Shown here piece after piece: positions 47,431-60,716 of a stretch of DNA of 64,000 nucleotides (the stretch's first letter is position 1; each line of letters opens with the position of its first letter). This DNA comes from Minutocellus sp. GHC0000111 (Eukaryota), in the NCBI GenBank assembly GCA_977018835.1, contig OZ361260.1, positions 2,852,001 to 2,916,000 on the forward strand, in the 5' to 3' direction. The notes beneath the pieces are model-generated. The model was not told the DNA's origin, did no database searches, and was given only the letters and a program-made list of their open reading frames with translations. Both the position numbers and the translations under genes were made by a program.

Positions 47431-50400
47431 ATGGCGCGGAAAAAGAAAAGCAAGGGAGGGGGCAGCGGTGGCAAGAGTGGCGGCGGTAGCAATGCAGCGG
47501 CTACGGCCTCTTCCACTGTCGAGTCGTCTCCACCCCCTCTCAGTGACGAAACTGCCATCGCAAAGGATGTTGTTCTCAATGAGGATGCCGAAAGGGCCAT
47601 CGAGGCGGCAGCCGCAGGAACTGTACATTCATCTGCATCGGCTGATTCAGCGTCCCCCACTGCTGGTGGAGTGTCATCCAGCTTTCAGGCTGGTCTTGCG
47701 AATGCTCTCCGTGGAATCAAGAAGGCCGCCGGTCTGGGCGATATTCAGGACCAGACCGCAACCGATGGCGCTGCCAATTCTAGCGGGGTAAATATGGACA
47801 CCAGCTCGGCCCTTTCCAACAATCCGAAAACGGATAAATCTCGATTCGGCAAACCTCTCACCAATGATGCCCTGAAGGAAATGGTTGACCAAGCGGTAGC
47901 AAATCCTGATGGTGATGAAGACGGCGACGAGGACGAGGATGAACCTACCCCTTCTGATGCCAAGGCGAAGGCGATTATCGATCCACCTCCACCACAGCGT
48001 TCTGGGAAGAAGAGAGATGCAACCGGCGGCTGGAAGGTGACCAAGACCGTCGCTGGTGGGAAGACCCATCTCGCCTTGTCTGCACCTTTGAAGCCACCTG
48101 CACCTGATGCTGCCGCTGACTCTGCGCCCGACTTCAACGAAAAGTTGGCTATGAACACCGACGTCGATGCCGATATTGACCGTGCCGATCGAGGGAAGCC
48201 ACAAATGTCGGCGTCTGGAAAGCCGAAGAGTATTCTGAAGAATAAGATGGCTGCAACCGCTGTGAAAACGTCTACCTTGTCCAATACTGACGGAGGTATC
48301 GATACTGATGCTGTCTCGGATGACGGTGTCATTGATATCGAACGCGAAAATGGCGACTTCGACGACGAGGAAGTGGATAGCGATGGCGTTGTAGGCGTTT
48401 GTCTACACTGCTCGCGCCCACGGACCAAGTCCAAGCAAATCAAGACCAAATCGCCTAATGATGTCGACGTCGACGAGCTCGTCGAGGATGCACTGGACCT
48501 ATCCGACCCGACCGCGCTCGACTCCTCGAAGCGTCCTCGTGCCGTTCAGGTTTCATGCGACGATTGTCATTCATATATATGCACAGCTTGTCATTGGTGC
48601 CACGAGTACCAGGCCAACCACGAGATTCGTGTCTGTGATCGATGCGATGCCTTCTACTGTCGCGGTTGCGATGAAATGGACCAATGCGAAGACTGCTCTG
48701 AGGTTGTTTGCGGAGGCTGTTCGACATTGATGAGCTGCAAATTCTGCGGATGTGGTCTTTGTGAGGATTGCGCGACCGCCTGTGGAAGGTATGTGCGGCA
48801 CCGTGCCATTGTATGGCAGAGAACCCCGCTATGCGAAGTCTAATTGTTTGCACCCTCCTACCCTCACTTTCTGTCAATATATTTCCCCACTTCTCCAAAA
48901 CCTCCTCCTCCCATCATAGATGTGGCATCGTTCTCTGCTCCCGCGATGCTAAATTCGCCGTTGAATGCGATACCTGTCGTATGTCGTATTGTCTCGTCTG
49001 CTTGGCATCTGGTACTAAGGACCCTTGTGTTCGTTGTGGTCACCGTCCTTCCAAGAGAGTCGAGCAGCTCGTCCACCTTCGTCTCAAGTCAATCTACAAG
49101 GCCTTCAAGCAGAGCGGAGCCAGCCTTGGACCGTCGAAGTCTGGCGACAAGGATCTCCCCGCGCTTGAAGACGACTTTGATGGAAAGAACAAGAGCGGCA
49201 AGGCTGCAGCTGCTGCCGCCCTCGCTCGTGCTGCAGGTATGGCGAACCTTCCCTCAGGCAACAAGGGTGGAAAGGGAGGAGGTAATGATGACTTTGGTCC
49301 AGATGCGCTCGCCGGCGATGTCGGAGCTGTCCTTCAGGCTGCCGCGGCAGCCGCTGCTGCCGGCGACAAATCCAACCGTCGAAGTGGCCACGGATCTCAT
49401 GACTTTGGTGGCGAGGATACTGCCAACGACGATATTTCTGCGACCGCCTCTGCCAATCGCCGCGGCAGTGCTGTGAAGCCATCCATATCTGACCAGTTTG
49501 CAGCCAGGACTGAGGAGGAAGCCGATGCGGCCGCTGCTGCGCTTCTGGCTGAGCTTGACCTCGATGATGCCAAGGCGGCTGCTAGTGTAGGCAAGAAGAG
49601 CAAGAAGAAAAAGAAGAAGGAGCGAGAGCGTGCTGAGAAGGCCGCCGCTGAAGCCAAGGCCGCCGAGGAAGAAGCCGAGGTCGCTGCTGCTGCCGCCTCA
49701 GAGGCTGGTAAGAGCAAGAAGAAGAAAAAGAAGAAGAAAGGCAAGACTAACGCGCCTGAGCCTTCACTACCACTCCCGTCACCAAAGAAAGAAAGGACGA
49801 TCTCCATGGATGATGCATCTGATGCCTCGTCAGACGAGGAAGATCTTTTGATGCTTGTTGGTGGAGGAGGCGGTGGCTCCAAGCAGGCTGGGAAGAAAGG
49901 TCCCGGCGGCAAAGGTTCTGCTTCTACTCCTGTCGATTCGGCTGGTCAATCGAAGACGTCAACTCCCGCGACTTCTAATCAGCCTTCCCCCAAGGGTTCG
50001 CCTCTCTTGAAGGCGAAAGACCAAAAGTCCAAGATCTCTTCATCCGGCGGACCAGTCAAGGATGATGACGCCGATGATCTCTCCCTATTGACCGAGTTTG
50101 TTCAAACACGGGATGTAGCTGCTATCGAGGCGCTGATGGAAAGCCTGAAGGGCGTTCCTGGCAAAGCGGCAATTCGAAAGAACGCAAAGAAGGCCCTCAA
50201 GAAGCTGAAAGAAGAACTCGGTCCGAGTTACAGCGCTCCTTCCTTTGCGCCGCCTCCGCACAAGAAGAAGGAGCAGGAGTGGGTCGAGAACAAGTCGACT
50301 TCGAAGAGCAAATCCAAGACAAAGAAGGACGAGCCAAATCCTTTTGCCGTAGCATACGATACTCCCGACACCGTCGCTGATGCTGACCAATACCGCCCCC

Positions 50401-52472
50401 CGGAGCCGCTCCTGAAGCTTGTTTCGCAGACGCACCGAACTGTGAAGGACGAGACAGGGAAGGGCACGGATCATTCCACCCCTCGGACAGAGACGGTCTT
50501 GCATATGTCCCCTCTTGTCGTTGGCTGGGTTATTGGCCGCGGGGGAACAAGAATCCGTGATCTCATGGAGGATTCTGGTGCGAAGATATGGATCGATCAG
50601 GATTCCATGGGTCCAAAGGAGGCTCGAGTGGTCTATATTAGCGGTCCCAGAAAGAGCGTTGATAGTGCCGTTCGATCCATGAAAGATCTGGTCGCCAAAG
50701 CTCCGGTTGGTGGTGGGAGCGGATTGCAACCTTCTTCTCCCACAACTTCTGCAAAGAGTGGTGCATCGAGCGTTCCAGCGAAGCCTTTGGCTCCCGCTGC
50801 TCCTACACCAACTTCAATGACTCCTACCAATGCAACGGCAGTCTCGCAGACAGCCGCAACTCCTGTCGCTCCAGCCACTCCTGCAGTCCCAGCCGCTGCT
50901 CCTCCTACCTCATTCGCCAAGGCAGCAGCGGCCGGTGCTCCTGCCTCTGTACCGGCGCCGCCTACCGCTGGCGCCACTGCTCCTACTACATCTGTTCCCA
51001 CTCCCCCGATCGTTCCCCCAACTGCAACTGCTGCGGTATCTACGTCGGCAGTCCAGACGATATCGACATCTACTAGCAAGAATGGTGTCCACAGCCATTC
51101 CCTCACCTGCGAGCCTCGTTTCGTTCCCCTTCTCATTGGTCGACGAGGATGGACCGTGAAGCACATTCAAGATGCCACCGGCGCTCGTGTTGATATCGAT
51201 CAGACAGTGTCTCCCCGCAAGATTGTCGTCAGTAGTTCGGACGAGGCCGCTGTAAAGAGTGCCGTAAGGATGGTGCGAGATGTATTGAATTATCCCCATG
51301 CCGTCGAGGGAGATCAAAAGGAAAAAGAAAAGGCGATTGACGGGGCTGCTGCCGAACTCGCTGCCAAGATCCAGGCACAGGCTCAAGCTCAAGCTCAGGC
51401 TATGGCTGCCCTCCTCGCTCAGCAACAGCAGTTGGCGGCTGGGCAGCCCCTCGCTGCGTCGCAACCACAAGCAGCGAGCTTCCTTTCAGCGGACGCTCAG
51501 CCGGCCAGTATTCCCAACACCAAAACTCCTTTGTTCCCTCAACACGTTGTCCGTTCAGCCACAGCTGGTACTGGTGTCCCTTCTTATGCCAATGCCAATG
51601 CCAATGGTGCCATGCAGTACCAAGACCACCGGCCTCCTCCTCAATCTCAGCTTGATCAACTTCTCTCGGTGGGCCTTGACGGTGGCATTGCCTCGATTCA
51701 GCAATCGATGACCCAACTTCAGCTTCAAGCTGCTCAGCAAAAGCTTCAGCAGCAACAGCTCTTGCTAGAACAGCAACGACGACTTCTCGAGCAGCAGGCG
51801 AGGAATAGCAGTCTGCCCCCTGGTATTGGTGGTGGGGTTCCGCCGCAGGGATCTCTCGGTCTCAATCCCACTACCAGTGCAGCTATGGCTACAGGCGCGG
51901 ATGCAAATGCTGGAGTGAGTGGCGACACCGGGTTGGGATTGATGGCGAATGCCACCGCTCCCGAGTTCTCTGCTAACGCTCCAGCCTTCCAGGCTCGTAG
52001 CGAACCATCGTCCTCGGGAGTTGCAAGTCTCAGCTCTAGCTACCACGCGGCGTCGACGGCCAATTCTGCAAACGTGGCCCAGGGTTCAATCTTTGGTGGA
52101 CTGAGTGGCTCCGCCCTTCTAGCAGGCGGCTCTATACCTACCCAACAGCAACAACATCCGACAGGACAGCAACACGATGCTCTTGGTGCAGCCCTAGGTG
52201 GGGCTGGCGCTCCAACTACTGCATCTGAGCGTGATATCATCGATGATATCTTTGGTTCAATGGGTGCTGGCTTAGGAGGAGGTGCCTCTGAATGGGGGGC
52301 AACCGGTCTGTCCGGCTGGGGTGCTGGAGTCTCGAACGGCGACACTCCCCAGGAAGGTCAGCAACCCCCGTCGGGCGGTACTTCTAGCACCGGTGCTAGT
52401 CTTAATAGTCTTATCGGAGGCTTTGTTGGAGCGCAGCAGCAGCAACAACAGCAGAACAATTGGAATGCATAG
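47431..52472 (+). CDS. Large Cys-rich zinc-finger and tandem KH-domain RNA-binding protein
   Basis: Many CxxC pairs across intron 48789-48919; KH motifs VGWVIGRGGTRIR...SGAKIWID and PLLIGRRGWTVK.IQ..TGARVDI; Q/A/G-rich tail. Confidence 0.85.
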
Positions 52473-53399
52473 TGGTTCCTCTTCCCCATTGTATTTGGAT
52501 CAAGAGCGGCATCGTCGTTATCCATCGCATCACTGAGCAGAGCCATTGCACTGAGTTATATATAATGGAATTATTGAATATTGCCAGGGTGAAGCAACAC
52601 CGGTGTCCTCACCTCTCGACACTGACCTCGGAGAAGAGAGACTGGTTGGAATAGAAAGCGCAATCCGCTTGGGACGAGGAGCGAAATCAATTACTGTTTG
52701 GAGTTTAATTTGTTGACTCCATATCGTCGATTTGCATACAGACCTCGCGTTCTGATTTACTGCTTGATCAGATATCGTTTAGCCTCTGTCTTCGAGGTGT
52801 TGACAGAGGTCAGTCCTTACTGCTGCGGATTGGTTTATTTTTGCCTTTCGTTGTCATCCTCCCATGGTACGGTAATGGTTGAACATTAGCTACACAACGT
52901 TGAAGTACCGGTACAAATAATGTACTCGAACTTAATTTTTTTTAAATGAAAGGGATTGCTTCTAATTCATACGAGTAATTTTCTACGTAGCTAGCTATAG
53001 ATTTATCTACATGTAGTGCCCTTGCATCGCTTTTGTGAGTACATGTAGATCTTGATCAAATTCTAATGCATTCATGTGTGTTTGATGCAATTCTCTTCTC
53101 TCTCTAGCTAGATCTAGCTCGACATGCACAAGTAAAATCTACGTTAACGTTTAGCGGATTGTCATCTATCTATCGATCTATCTGTCTTGACGAGTAGCTA
53201 CATGTAGACATGCACATGTACACCAGTTTGCTACGTACATGTAAAAACGTTAAAATATCAGATCGACGCAGATTTTTAATCCTCCGATGCAATGCTTCGA
53301 GCGTTAGAGACTTACCTTTCAATGTGCCGGTACAAGTGTAGCAGCAATCGATCGAAAGCTCACATCTTTGTGCACCGGTTGATCTAGGAGTTCCTACAC

Positions 53400-54400
53400 A
53401 TTACACATAGAGATCTAAAGAACAGGATCCCTCTAGAGCCTAAATTTACATCCTTGTCCTTATCCTCATGCTAAACTAGAACGACCGCAGGTCATGCTAC
53501 CCCGGAGCAAAGAGCTCCAAATGCAGGTAGGTGTTAGAGAGCCTTCCATGTCACCCCCCTGCTCACGTAGGACCACTAAGGCTTTTTTTGTGTCCACTGA
53601 CCCCCTTCCCCGATGCCCGCCGGGCAGCGTTGAGTTTAAGCCAATCCAAGCCCTGTGATTGTCTGACACTTTTGAAGTTAGCCAGTTGGCCTCGCGCCGA
53701 GAGACTCGAGTCCTTCCTTGACTGCGCCCACCAATCAGTGTGTGACACCCCAGATTCAGGAGAGTGTGACTCCAGTCACATTGATGGAGATGCCACTCAC
53801 AAACCTTGCCACACGCGTGTCCACCGCACCAAACACGCACACCTTTGTGTTTGGGCGTGCAGCCTGTAACTAACCTGCATCTCCTCACACCTTGAGGGCA
53901 AGACCAACAGAGAGAGAGAGTGTGTGCTCTTAAGGCAACTGGATCTAGCTAGATCTACTAGTCTATGACTAGGTCTACGTTTGTCAGACACATGTAGACT
54001 GTGATCTACGTAGCTACTATCTAGAAGGAGTAACCAAACAAACATGACACAGGCGAGACGGAGTCTTCTTTCTTCTGGGCTCTGGCAACTCCCCCTCCCC
54101 CTCCCCCCCTCCCCTCTTTACGGCTGGCCGGCGCGTGCTGTCATTTCGAGGTTATTTTGAAGAAAACAAATAAAACAAATTATTTTTACGAAAATAGTAA
54201 CACTTATGACTTAATATTTTTCAGTATAAAAACCTCCAAGAACCATTCGGACCACCAGTGGCAAGCAGCGATTTTTGCCAGCATGCCATCTATTGGCGCG
54301 TGTCAAGTAAGCGATCAGAACTCAGCCACCACCACTAACTTTCCAGCCTCCTCTCTTAGTTAGCACTTCAGTGGGCATAATCGCAAATATTTCTTTGATT
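53400..54400. mobile_element. Probable decayed repeat/TE remnant
   Basis: No credible ORF; CA/TG-rich and TA-poor core (53600-53900); flanked by TA-palindrome chains; C-rich tract at 54089-54116. Confidence 0.3.
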
Positions 54401-54843
54401 GAACCACTAACTCCAAATTATTCAAACATTTTCCTCATCGATCATTCAAACAAGGATGAAGGTGGGTTTCACGTCACTTGCGTTTGCTTGTTGTGCTTGT
54501 ATCTTTCATGCATTCAATCAGAAGTACTAGCACAATTTGTCAAGGTTATTCATATCATAATGTGAGGACATATCGTTCTTGTACATGTAATAGTGCTACA
54601 TGTATTACAGTATGCGATACCCTCCTAATAGCTGAATTCTTTATCTTATTGTGTCGATTGGTAGCTTCCTCGAATGCTGCTAGACGTTTCGTTTGCTTGA
54701 ATACATATGCAAAGGTATTATTCGATAGGACAATGCATGTAGTTTCGTTTTTTCTCTTTTGCCTTCCTATTTATCTTGTCTTGTCTGAACTTTCCTTATC
54801 CCACCACGAAATCCATGAAATGATCCTTCAATTATCGCACCTT

Positions 54844-55557
54844 TTAGGGATGAAGCGTATCTGACTCGACCAAACGAGCCTTTTCGACATTGACGAAATG
54901 GGCCAGGGCATCGAGCTGATCAATAGACCAAGCTGCATCGGATAAAACTTTGGAGTCGACCACGGCATTGTAGTTGTGATGAGCCAGAAGGTGAGCAGCT
55001 GAATATCTGTATGAGGGATGTGACTGCCAGGGCTTGTCGCCAGCCTGCTCGTTGTGCTGATACTCTTCAGTTGCCTTATCGACATCTTTCCAAGCTAAAT
55101 GTGCCTCGGCACTATCAGGTCCGAATGTATCAACGGCTGCCTTGGCTTCAGCTACGGCCCTACGTAACATCGATGCCTCAGACGAAGATCCTAGATCTGC
55201 CAGAGTGATATCCTATAGGCACGACGGAAAGCAACAAAAAATACAATCCTGTTAGCTTTGATGAGTAGGATCCCTACGTAGATATAGTTTCCATATGAGA
55301 GGTTTTGTACCCACCTGGCTTTCGAGATCCTTAATGTTTTCGGTCAATTCTTTGATGCGAGCAAGGTTTTCCTTCGACTCAGCAAGGAGTCGTGACATCT
55401 CCTCAATCTGCGTTTTGTAATCGAGTTCATTACAGTAATCGACCGACGAGCGAGAACAAAGAGTAAAAGCCGTTGATCGTTCGGCCAAGAAGCCTTGAGG
55501 AATGAAGCCAGACGAGACAGATGCCGAGAGTAGAAGAATTAGATTGGTGATCTTCAT
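54844..55557 (-). CDS. Plastid-targeted protein with CP12-like motif
   Basis: MKITNLILLLSASVSSG-F presequence; in-frame intron 55213-55314; A....FG.DS.EA.LAW..VD motif resembling the CP12 AWD.VEE segment. Confidence 0.6.
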
Positions 55558-56178
55558 GTTACCGTTCTGTTTGACACCGGATCAGATGTAAGTGGCGAAG
55601 CAAAAGTAGCGAATGTGAGAGAAGGCGGGCGTTGGCTAGGGTAAATACCGGTGCGTGGGGAGGATTCAGATTGAAAGTAGTGTATGTGATTGTTTTTTAA
55701 CACAACGACAGCGGCGATAAAAAGAAGCTTGTTCGTATTGTGAATTCTCTTCGTATCCTTCGTATTCTCTTTTGCGGATGAGATCTTTGCTTTCGAGCTT
55801 GTTGCGTTCTCGCAGAGCGCGCGCGCAGCAGCGCTGATTTCCGGGTTCTCCGCCGACGACCATGCAAAGTTTTGCGCAGTGTCTCATGCTACCACCGTAG
55901 CCAGTGCAGCAAGCTCTAGCTACTAGCTAGTAGCTAGAGATCTACCGACAATGCAGATACATTTGTAACATTGTAACATTGCACTTATCTATCTCGAAGG
56001 GATTATCCGAAATAGACCCATAATCTCGTATTGGAACACTTTGGCAACTGCATCGTAACCATCACGCATGCATTTTCTTTCTTATGAGAACTAACTTCTC
56101 TCTCTCTCTCAGTACCAAAAGGATGTATTGTCACGTACATATATTCAATCAACGACATGCGATCGATGTAGTCCAAGT

Positions 56179-57367
56179 CTAATTAGCGTTGCGCTTTGCA
56201 GCGAAGCATGCAAGGCACGCGCACGCAGCTCCAGCCCACTGTGTCCGGTGAGAAAGCAAGTTGGTGAAGACAAGAACGATTAGTACATTGGCATGGTTAC
56301 TTCAAAGATGCCACCCACTTTCAGAACATCCATCCGCACGATGTATGACTTCCCACAAGCAAATGAAGCCGAAGCACTTACCGAAGCAAAGTACCCATTG
56401 CCCGTGGCAATAAACGGCCCACGAAAGGTAACAAGACACGCCAGAACAAGCCAAAGGACAGAGAAGAAGGCCAACACCCCAAACATGACCATTCCCCCGC
56501 CGTCTCCGTCGCCTTCTTTCTTCTCCTTGTAAATATGCGCAAGTACAAGGACGACTGTGATACAGGCAACGACCATGGCATAGATGGATTCCGCGCGAAA
56601 GATTCCTCCACCGACCCTAACCCTAACCCTAACAGTAATAATGACGATAATACTGGAGGCAAGTAGACCCATGAGAGCACCAAGTCCCTTCACACTGGTC
56701 TGGAAGGCACTCGCCGTGAATCCAAGAGCCATTGCGGCAGTGACAACAGTTGCCCAACTGGCAAAGTATCCCTATGATGAATTAGCACAAAGCAGCAAAA
56801 TATTGGTGAGAATATATCGAATCGAATCGAATCGAATCGATACAAGTAGAATGTATCAAAAACCATAAGATAAGTTGAGATGAATCAATCGTTGCCACGA
56901 TTCTAGTCTCTCCTACTCAGCCTAAATTCGCAACAATTCGCAAAACTTACATTGCCAGTAAAGACAAAGGGGGACGAAAAGGTCAGGAAACAGGCTCCAA
57001 TAAAGTTCCAAACGAAGAGGAATTGGTTGAGCCATTTTCCATGTTCCTTGTAAAGATCTTCCTTCAAAGTCATGAGAAGGGCGACGGCGGCGAGGCCCAT
57101 GCCAACACTGGGGACGGAAATGGCGTACTCGCGCCACTTGATCGAGGTTGCCTTCCAGGTCATGACAGCAATGAGCTGAACGGTAGACGCCGAAAACATC
57201 ATAACGAGTGGCAACTGCAAGTCACTGATGGTCACGTTGAGAGACATTTTTCCTCCATCTCCCGAGGGTGGCACCGCGCTTGCGGGTGGTTGGTCCTCGG
57301 CTGTCTCTTCGTCGCCTACAACAACGTCGGCCATCGCCTCCTCCCTTTTGTCATCTTCGTTCATCAT
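56179..57367 (-). CDS. Polytopic membrane protein (two repeats ending PF..TGNGYFA.W)
   Basis: Three exons joined in frame by introns 56772-56950 and 56239-56381; about 8 hydrophobic helices. Confidence 0.75.
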
Positions 57368-58010
57368 ATTTGATCTGTGCTGTGGTCTTTTTTGTTAGAG
57401 GTCCCACTGTTCGGTTGTTTTTGTTCTTGGGTTGTGATGAGTGATGCCACGATCTAATTCAATCGAGGCGAAAATCGAACTAAAAAAGAGCCGACGAGCG
57501 AGAGGCGAAACGCGCTTTTCTATTTCGTTAGTGGATTCCCGATAAATTAGTGCTTCAGTTCCTGACCTTCGCATTGCACACACGCGGTGGTGGTAGCCTA
57601 CTACCGGTAGTAGCGGTGGCGGCGCCCCTTCCCTCTCCGTCATCGTCCGCTCGATCACCCACCACCCACCTGAAACCAATTTGTTCGGCTCTTACTATTT
57701 ATAAATGTGTTTTGATCAGAAATACTAGTATCTCTCCGAGAATTCTTTGTGACATGCGCAAGCACTCTCTCAACAGTCATTGCTGCAGTCGCATACCGTC
57801 ACGTATTTCGAGGCGGCGGCACCTTCATTTTAAAGCAACGCCGGTACTGCAAACTTACACGAGAGTGAGGCTTAAATATATTATTGTCTACAAAAGTAAG
57901 AGAGACAAGAACGAACGATGTATACGTCCATCTTGCCTCCCCTCCAGCCAAGCCACGAATCTCTGGCATGAAATAGAATTCCTGTTTTTTTTTGCTTTGG
58001 GGCACCCAGC

Positions 58011-59066
58011 TTAACGGTTGGACTTGGCAACACGCTCGATCTCGTCCTTCTTCTTGATAGCATAGGAGTTGGAGGATCCACGGGCGGCGTTGATGAGCTC
58101 CTCAGCGAGGCACTCGGCCATGGTCTTGAGGTTGCGGAAGGAGGCCTCGCGGGCACCAGTGGCGATGAGATAGAGGGCGTAGTTGACCCGACGGAAGGGG
58201 GACATGTCGACGGCCTGACGACGGACGACACCGGCACCACCGACACGGGTGGAATCCTCACGAGGACCGGGGTTGATGATGGCATCAACGACAACCTGGA
58301 TGGGGTTCTGGTCGGTGAGGAGGTGGATGATCTCGAGAGTGTGCTGGACGATGCGGACGGCCATGAGCTTCTTGCCGGCGTTGCGGCCCTTCTTCATGAG
58401 GCAGCAGGCAAGACGCTCAACGATGGGGCAGGAGGCCTTGCGGAATCGCTTCTTCTGGTAGCGACCGGCGGTGTGGGGAAGGAAGGTGGCGTGGTCACCA
58501 GTGCAGGCGATGTAGTCCTGTAGGTTTCGTAAAAAAAGGAGAAAGAAAAGGCGGGGTGTGTGAGATGAAAGTGAAGGAGGCAAATAACCAAAATTGTTCC
58601 CAGCCAACACCATCAGTCTCTTCAAACCATATTTATCAGCACGTCGTGACGATGCCTCTTGTCGTGTGGTGTTCGTCGTTCGCTGGTGTGGACAAAACCG
58701 ATCGTAGGGCCAACATACAGTAGGACAGACGGTACCGATGGCGAGGCCATACGACAGCGTCCTCCACGCGCCTCGGCACCTCGATCACATCCAGTCAACC
58801 GCGCCACAACCACCACACCACGACGCATATTCGCCGCACATCGCGGTCGTCACTAGCTCCATCCAGCGCGATTCTCTCGTTTTACCAAGGGGTAGACTCA
58901 CCACGAGGGAGATGTCCCGGACCTCAACATCGTCGAAGCTCCACTTGCCGAAGAGCTTGACCTCCGGAGCGTCGTCGGCGTAGGCGTACTCCTCTTCCTC
59001 CTCCTCTTCGGCCTCAACCTCCTCGGCGACCTCCTCCTCGTACTGGGGCTCTTCAACGTCAGCCAC
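58011..59066 (-). CDS. RPS5: 40S ribosomal protein S5 (uS7)
   Basis: KLFGKWS...[58 protein letters not shown]. Intron 58518-58901. The expected start reads GTG. Confidence 0.97.
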
Positions 59067-59589
59067 TTTTAATTTATTATTAACTGGGGGCGTCTGGTAA
59101 CAAGAGCGGCAGCTCAAAACACATGAGCAAAAAAAAGCGTGAAATGGGTTATGAGCTGAGCTTATTTTTCGAGGTTATGAGCTTTGTGTAGAACCCGGAA
59201 ATCACCATTCTAGTAAGAGGTAGAGAATTCGGTTTTGAGGGAAATGCACTTTTCTGGGAATCACCTACGTAGCTAGCTATGAGCAAAATTACTGGGGGGA
59301 GCGCTAAAAGTCCCCGCGCCCCCGATTTTCACTCTTCAACAGGAAATCACATAGTTCATTACATTATCACCCCTGTACATCGAATCTGAACATACTAGTC
59401 GAAAGTACTGATCAAAGTGAAGCATATCGGTGGTAGTCCGGTCTCCTGGGGGCTGATGGTTGCTGACTTACGCACGTGTGAAGAACATCAAAACCGGCAC
59501 AAAAAAAACGACCGAAACAATGGTGGACCGACCGCCGACACCACCGCTTCCACCGCCTCTGCCGCCTCCGTTGCGCCAATCTCACCCTC

Positions 59590-60420
59590 TCACTCGTCAT
59601 CCTCGTCACTAAAGACATCCTCCACATCAACATCGAGATCGCCGGCCAGTCCGTCAAGGGAGAACTCCTCCAAATCATCGGTCAAATTGATCGGTCCGCC
59701 GTCACCGTCGGCCCCGACCTCCACCTCCTCGGCCTGAGCATTGACGCCTTCCAAAGCGGTATTGACAAGGGTGTCGATGGGGACAGCGGTCGCAGCAACG
59801 TTGACTCGCTCGTAGTGGGGATCAACGATAAGTTCCCCGTCGACGTCGACCTTGCCCGAGATGCCAGGCACCGCCTTGACTCTCTCGTTTGCGCACTTGA
59901 TCGAATGGCCGACGAGCTTGCCACAGTCCGATGGATCCAACTGCTCGACGACGTCGGGATCTTCATCCTCCGGCGTCCTTGGCACCATCACATCTCCCTG
60001 ATTATACAGATTGCCATACCATCCATCGCGCAAGTCCTTCACCGTCTCCTTGCAGCTTCGATTGTGATAATAATTCAACGAAACATTGCCCTTCCCCGCC
60101 GCCCAGAACAACTCAATACATGTCCATTGGGCTGCCACAGAGCTGCTGGTGGTTCCCGCTCATGCAGATCGCGAAGGTTGTTGGCCTCCTTCACCATTGC
60201 ATCAAAGTCAAAGGTATTGTTTTTCTTCTTCTTGCTCCCGCTCAAAGAGAACTCGACGGTTGGGACAGCTCGCTCGAGACACTTTACAACGAACGGCGTC
60301 CGCGTCACGAAGTCACGAAGGATGTTGCCGCGAATGGGACGGGCATGCTGACGCACGTTGCAGCTGTCGCCGCGACCAACAGGCGCGGATCGTCGAGGAG
60401 AAGAGGACATCGGCACTCGC
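59590..60420 (-). pseudogene. Tc1/IS630-like transposase C-terminal remnant
   Basis: PP....Q..IELFWAAGK..V...Y...R..KETV..LRDGWYG resembles the (L)QPIELFW third-acidic-residue motif. Frame broken near 60130; D1/D2 not visible. Confidence 0.55.
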
Positions 60421-60716
60421 TACTCCTAGAGCTACGTAGCATTGTGTGCTTCTTTTTGCTTTTTGATGGAGCTCGCGCGCGGGCTACGATTGGGAGTGAC
60501 GGCGTCGATTTCAATCAGCCGTTTCTTGGGTCATGGGTACCGTTTCGCTTGCTTCGCCCGCGTTGACGGCCGGCTGATTAATCAGCTGATTTTTTCAGAA
60601 ATCAGCTGATTTCGGCTTTCTGGCCAGGTAGTATGCTTTTTTTCTGCATGGTGGTGGGCGTACAAGCTAGCTAGTATCCAGTAGCAGCGGCAGAGCCTTT
60701 GCGGAGATAGAATAAG

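Noticed and set aside
44531..54625. A 10-kb composite transposon bounded by GGAGGGTATCGCA inverted repeats
   Set aside because: Only a 13-bp match, no target duplication and no transposase in between.
56817..56840. (ATCGA)n pentamer run
   Set aside because: Ordinary intronic microsatellite.
58518..58901. snoRNA in the long RPS5 intron
   Set aside because: CTGA boxes are present but there is no convincing RTGATGA box C with a terminal stem; a covariance-model search would be needed.
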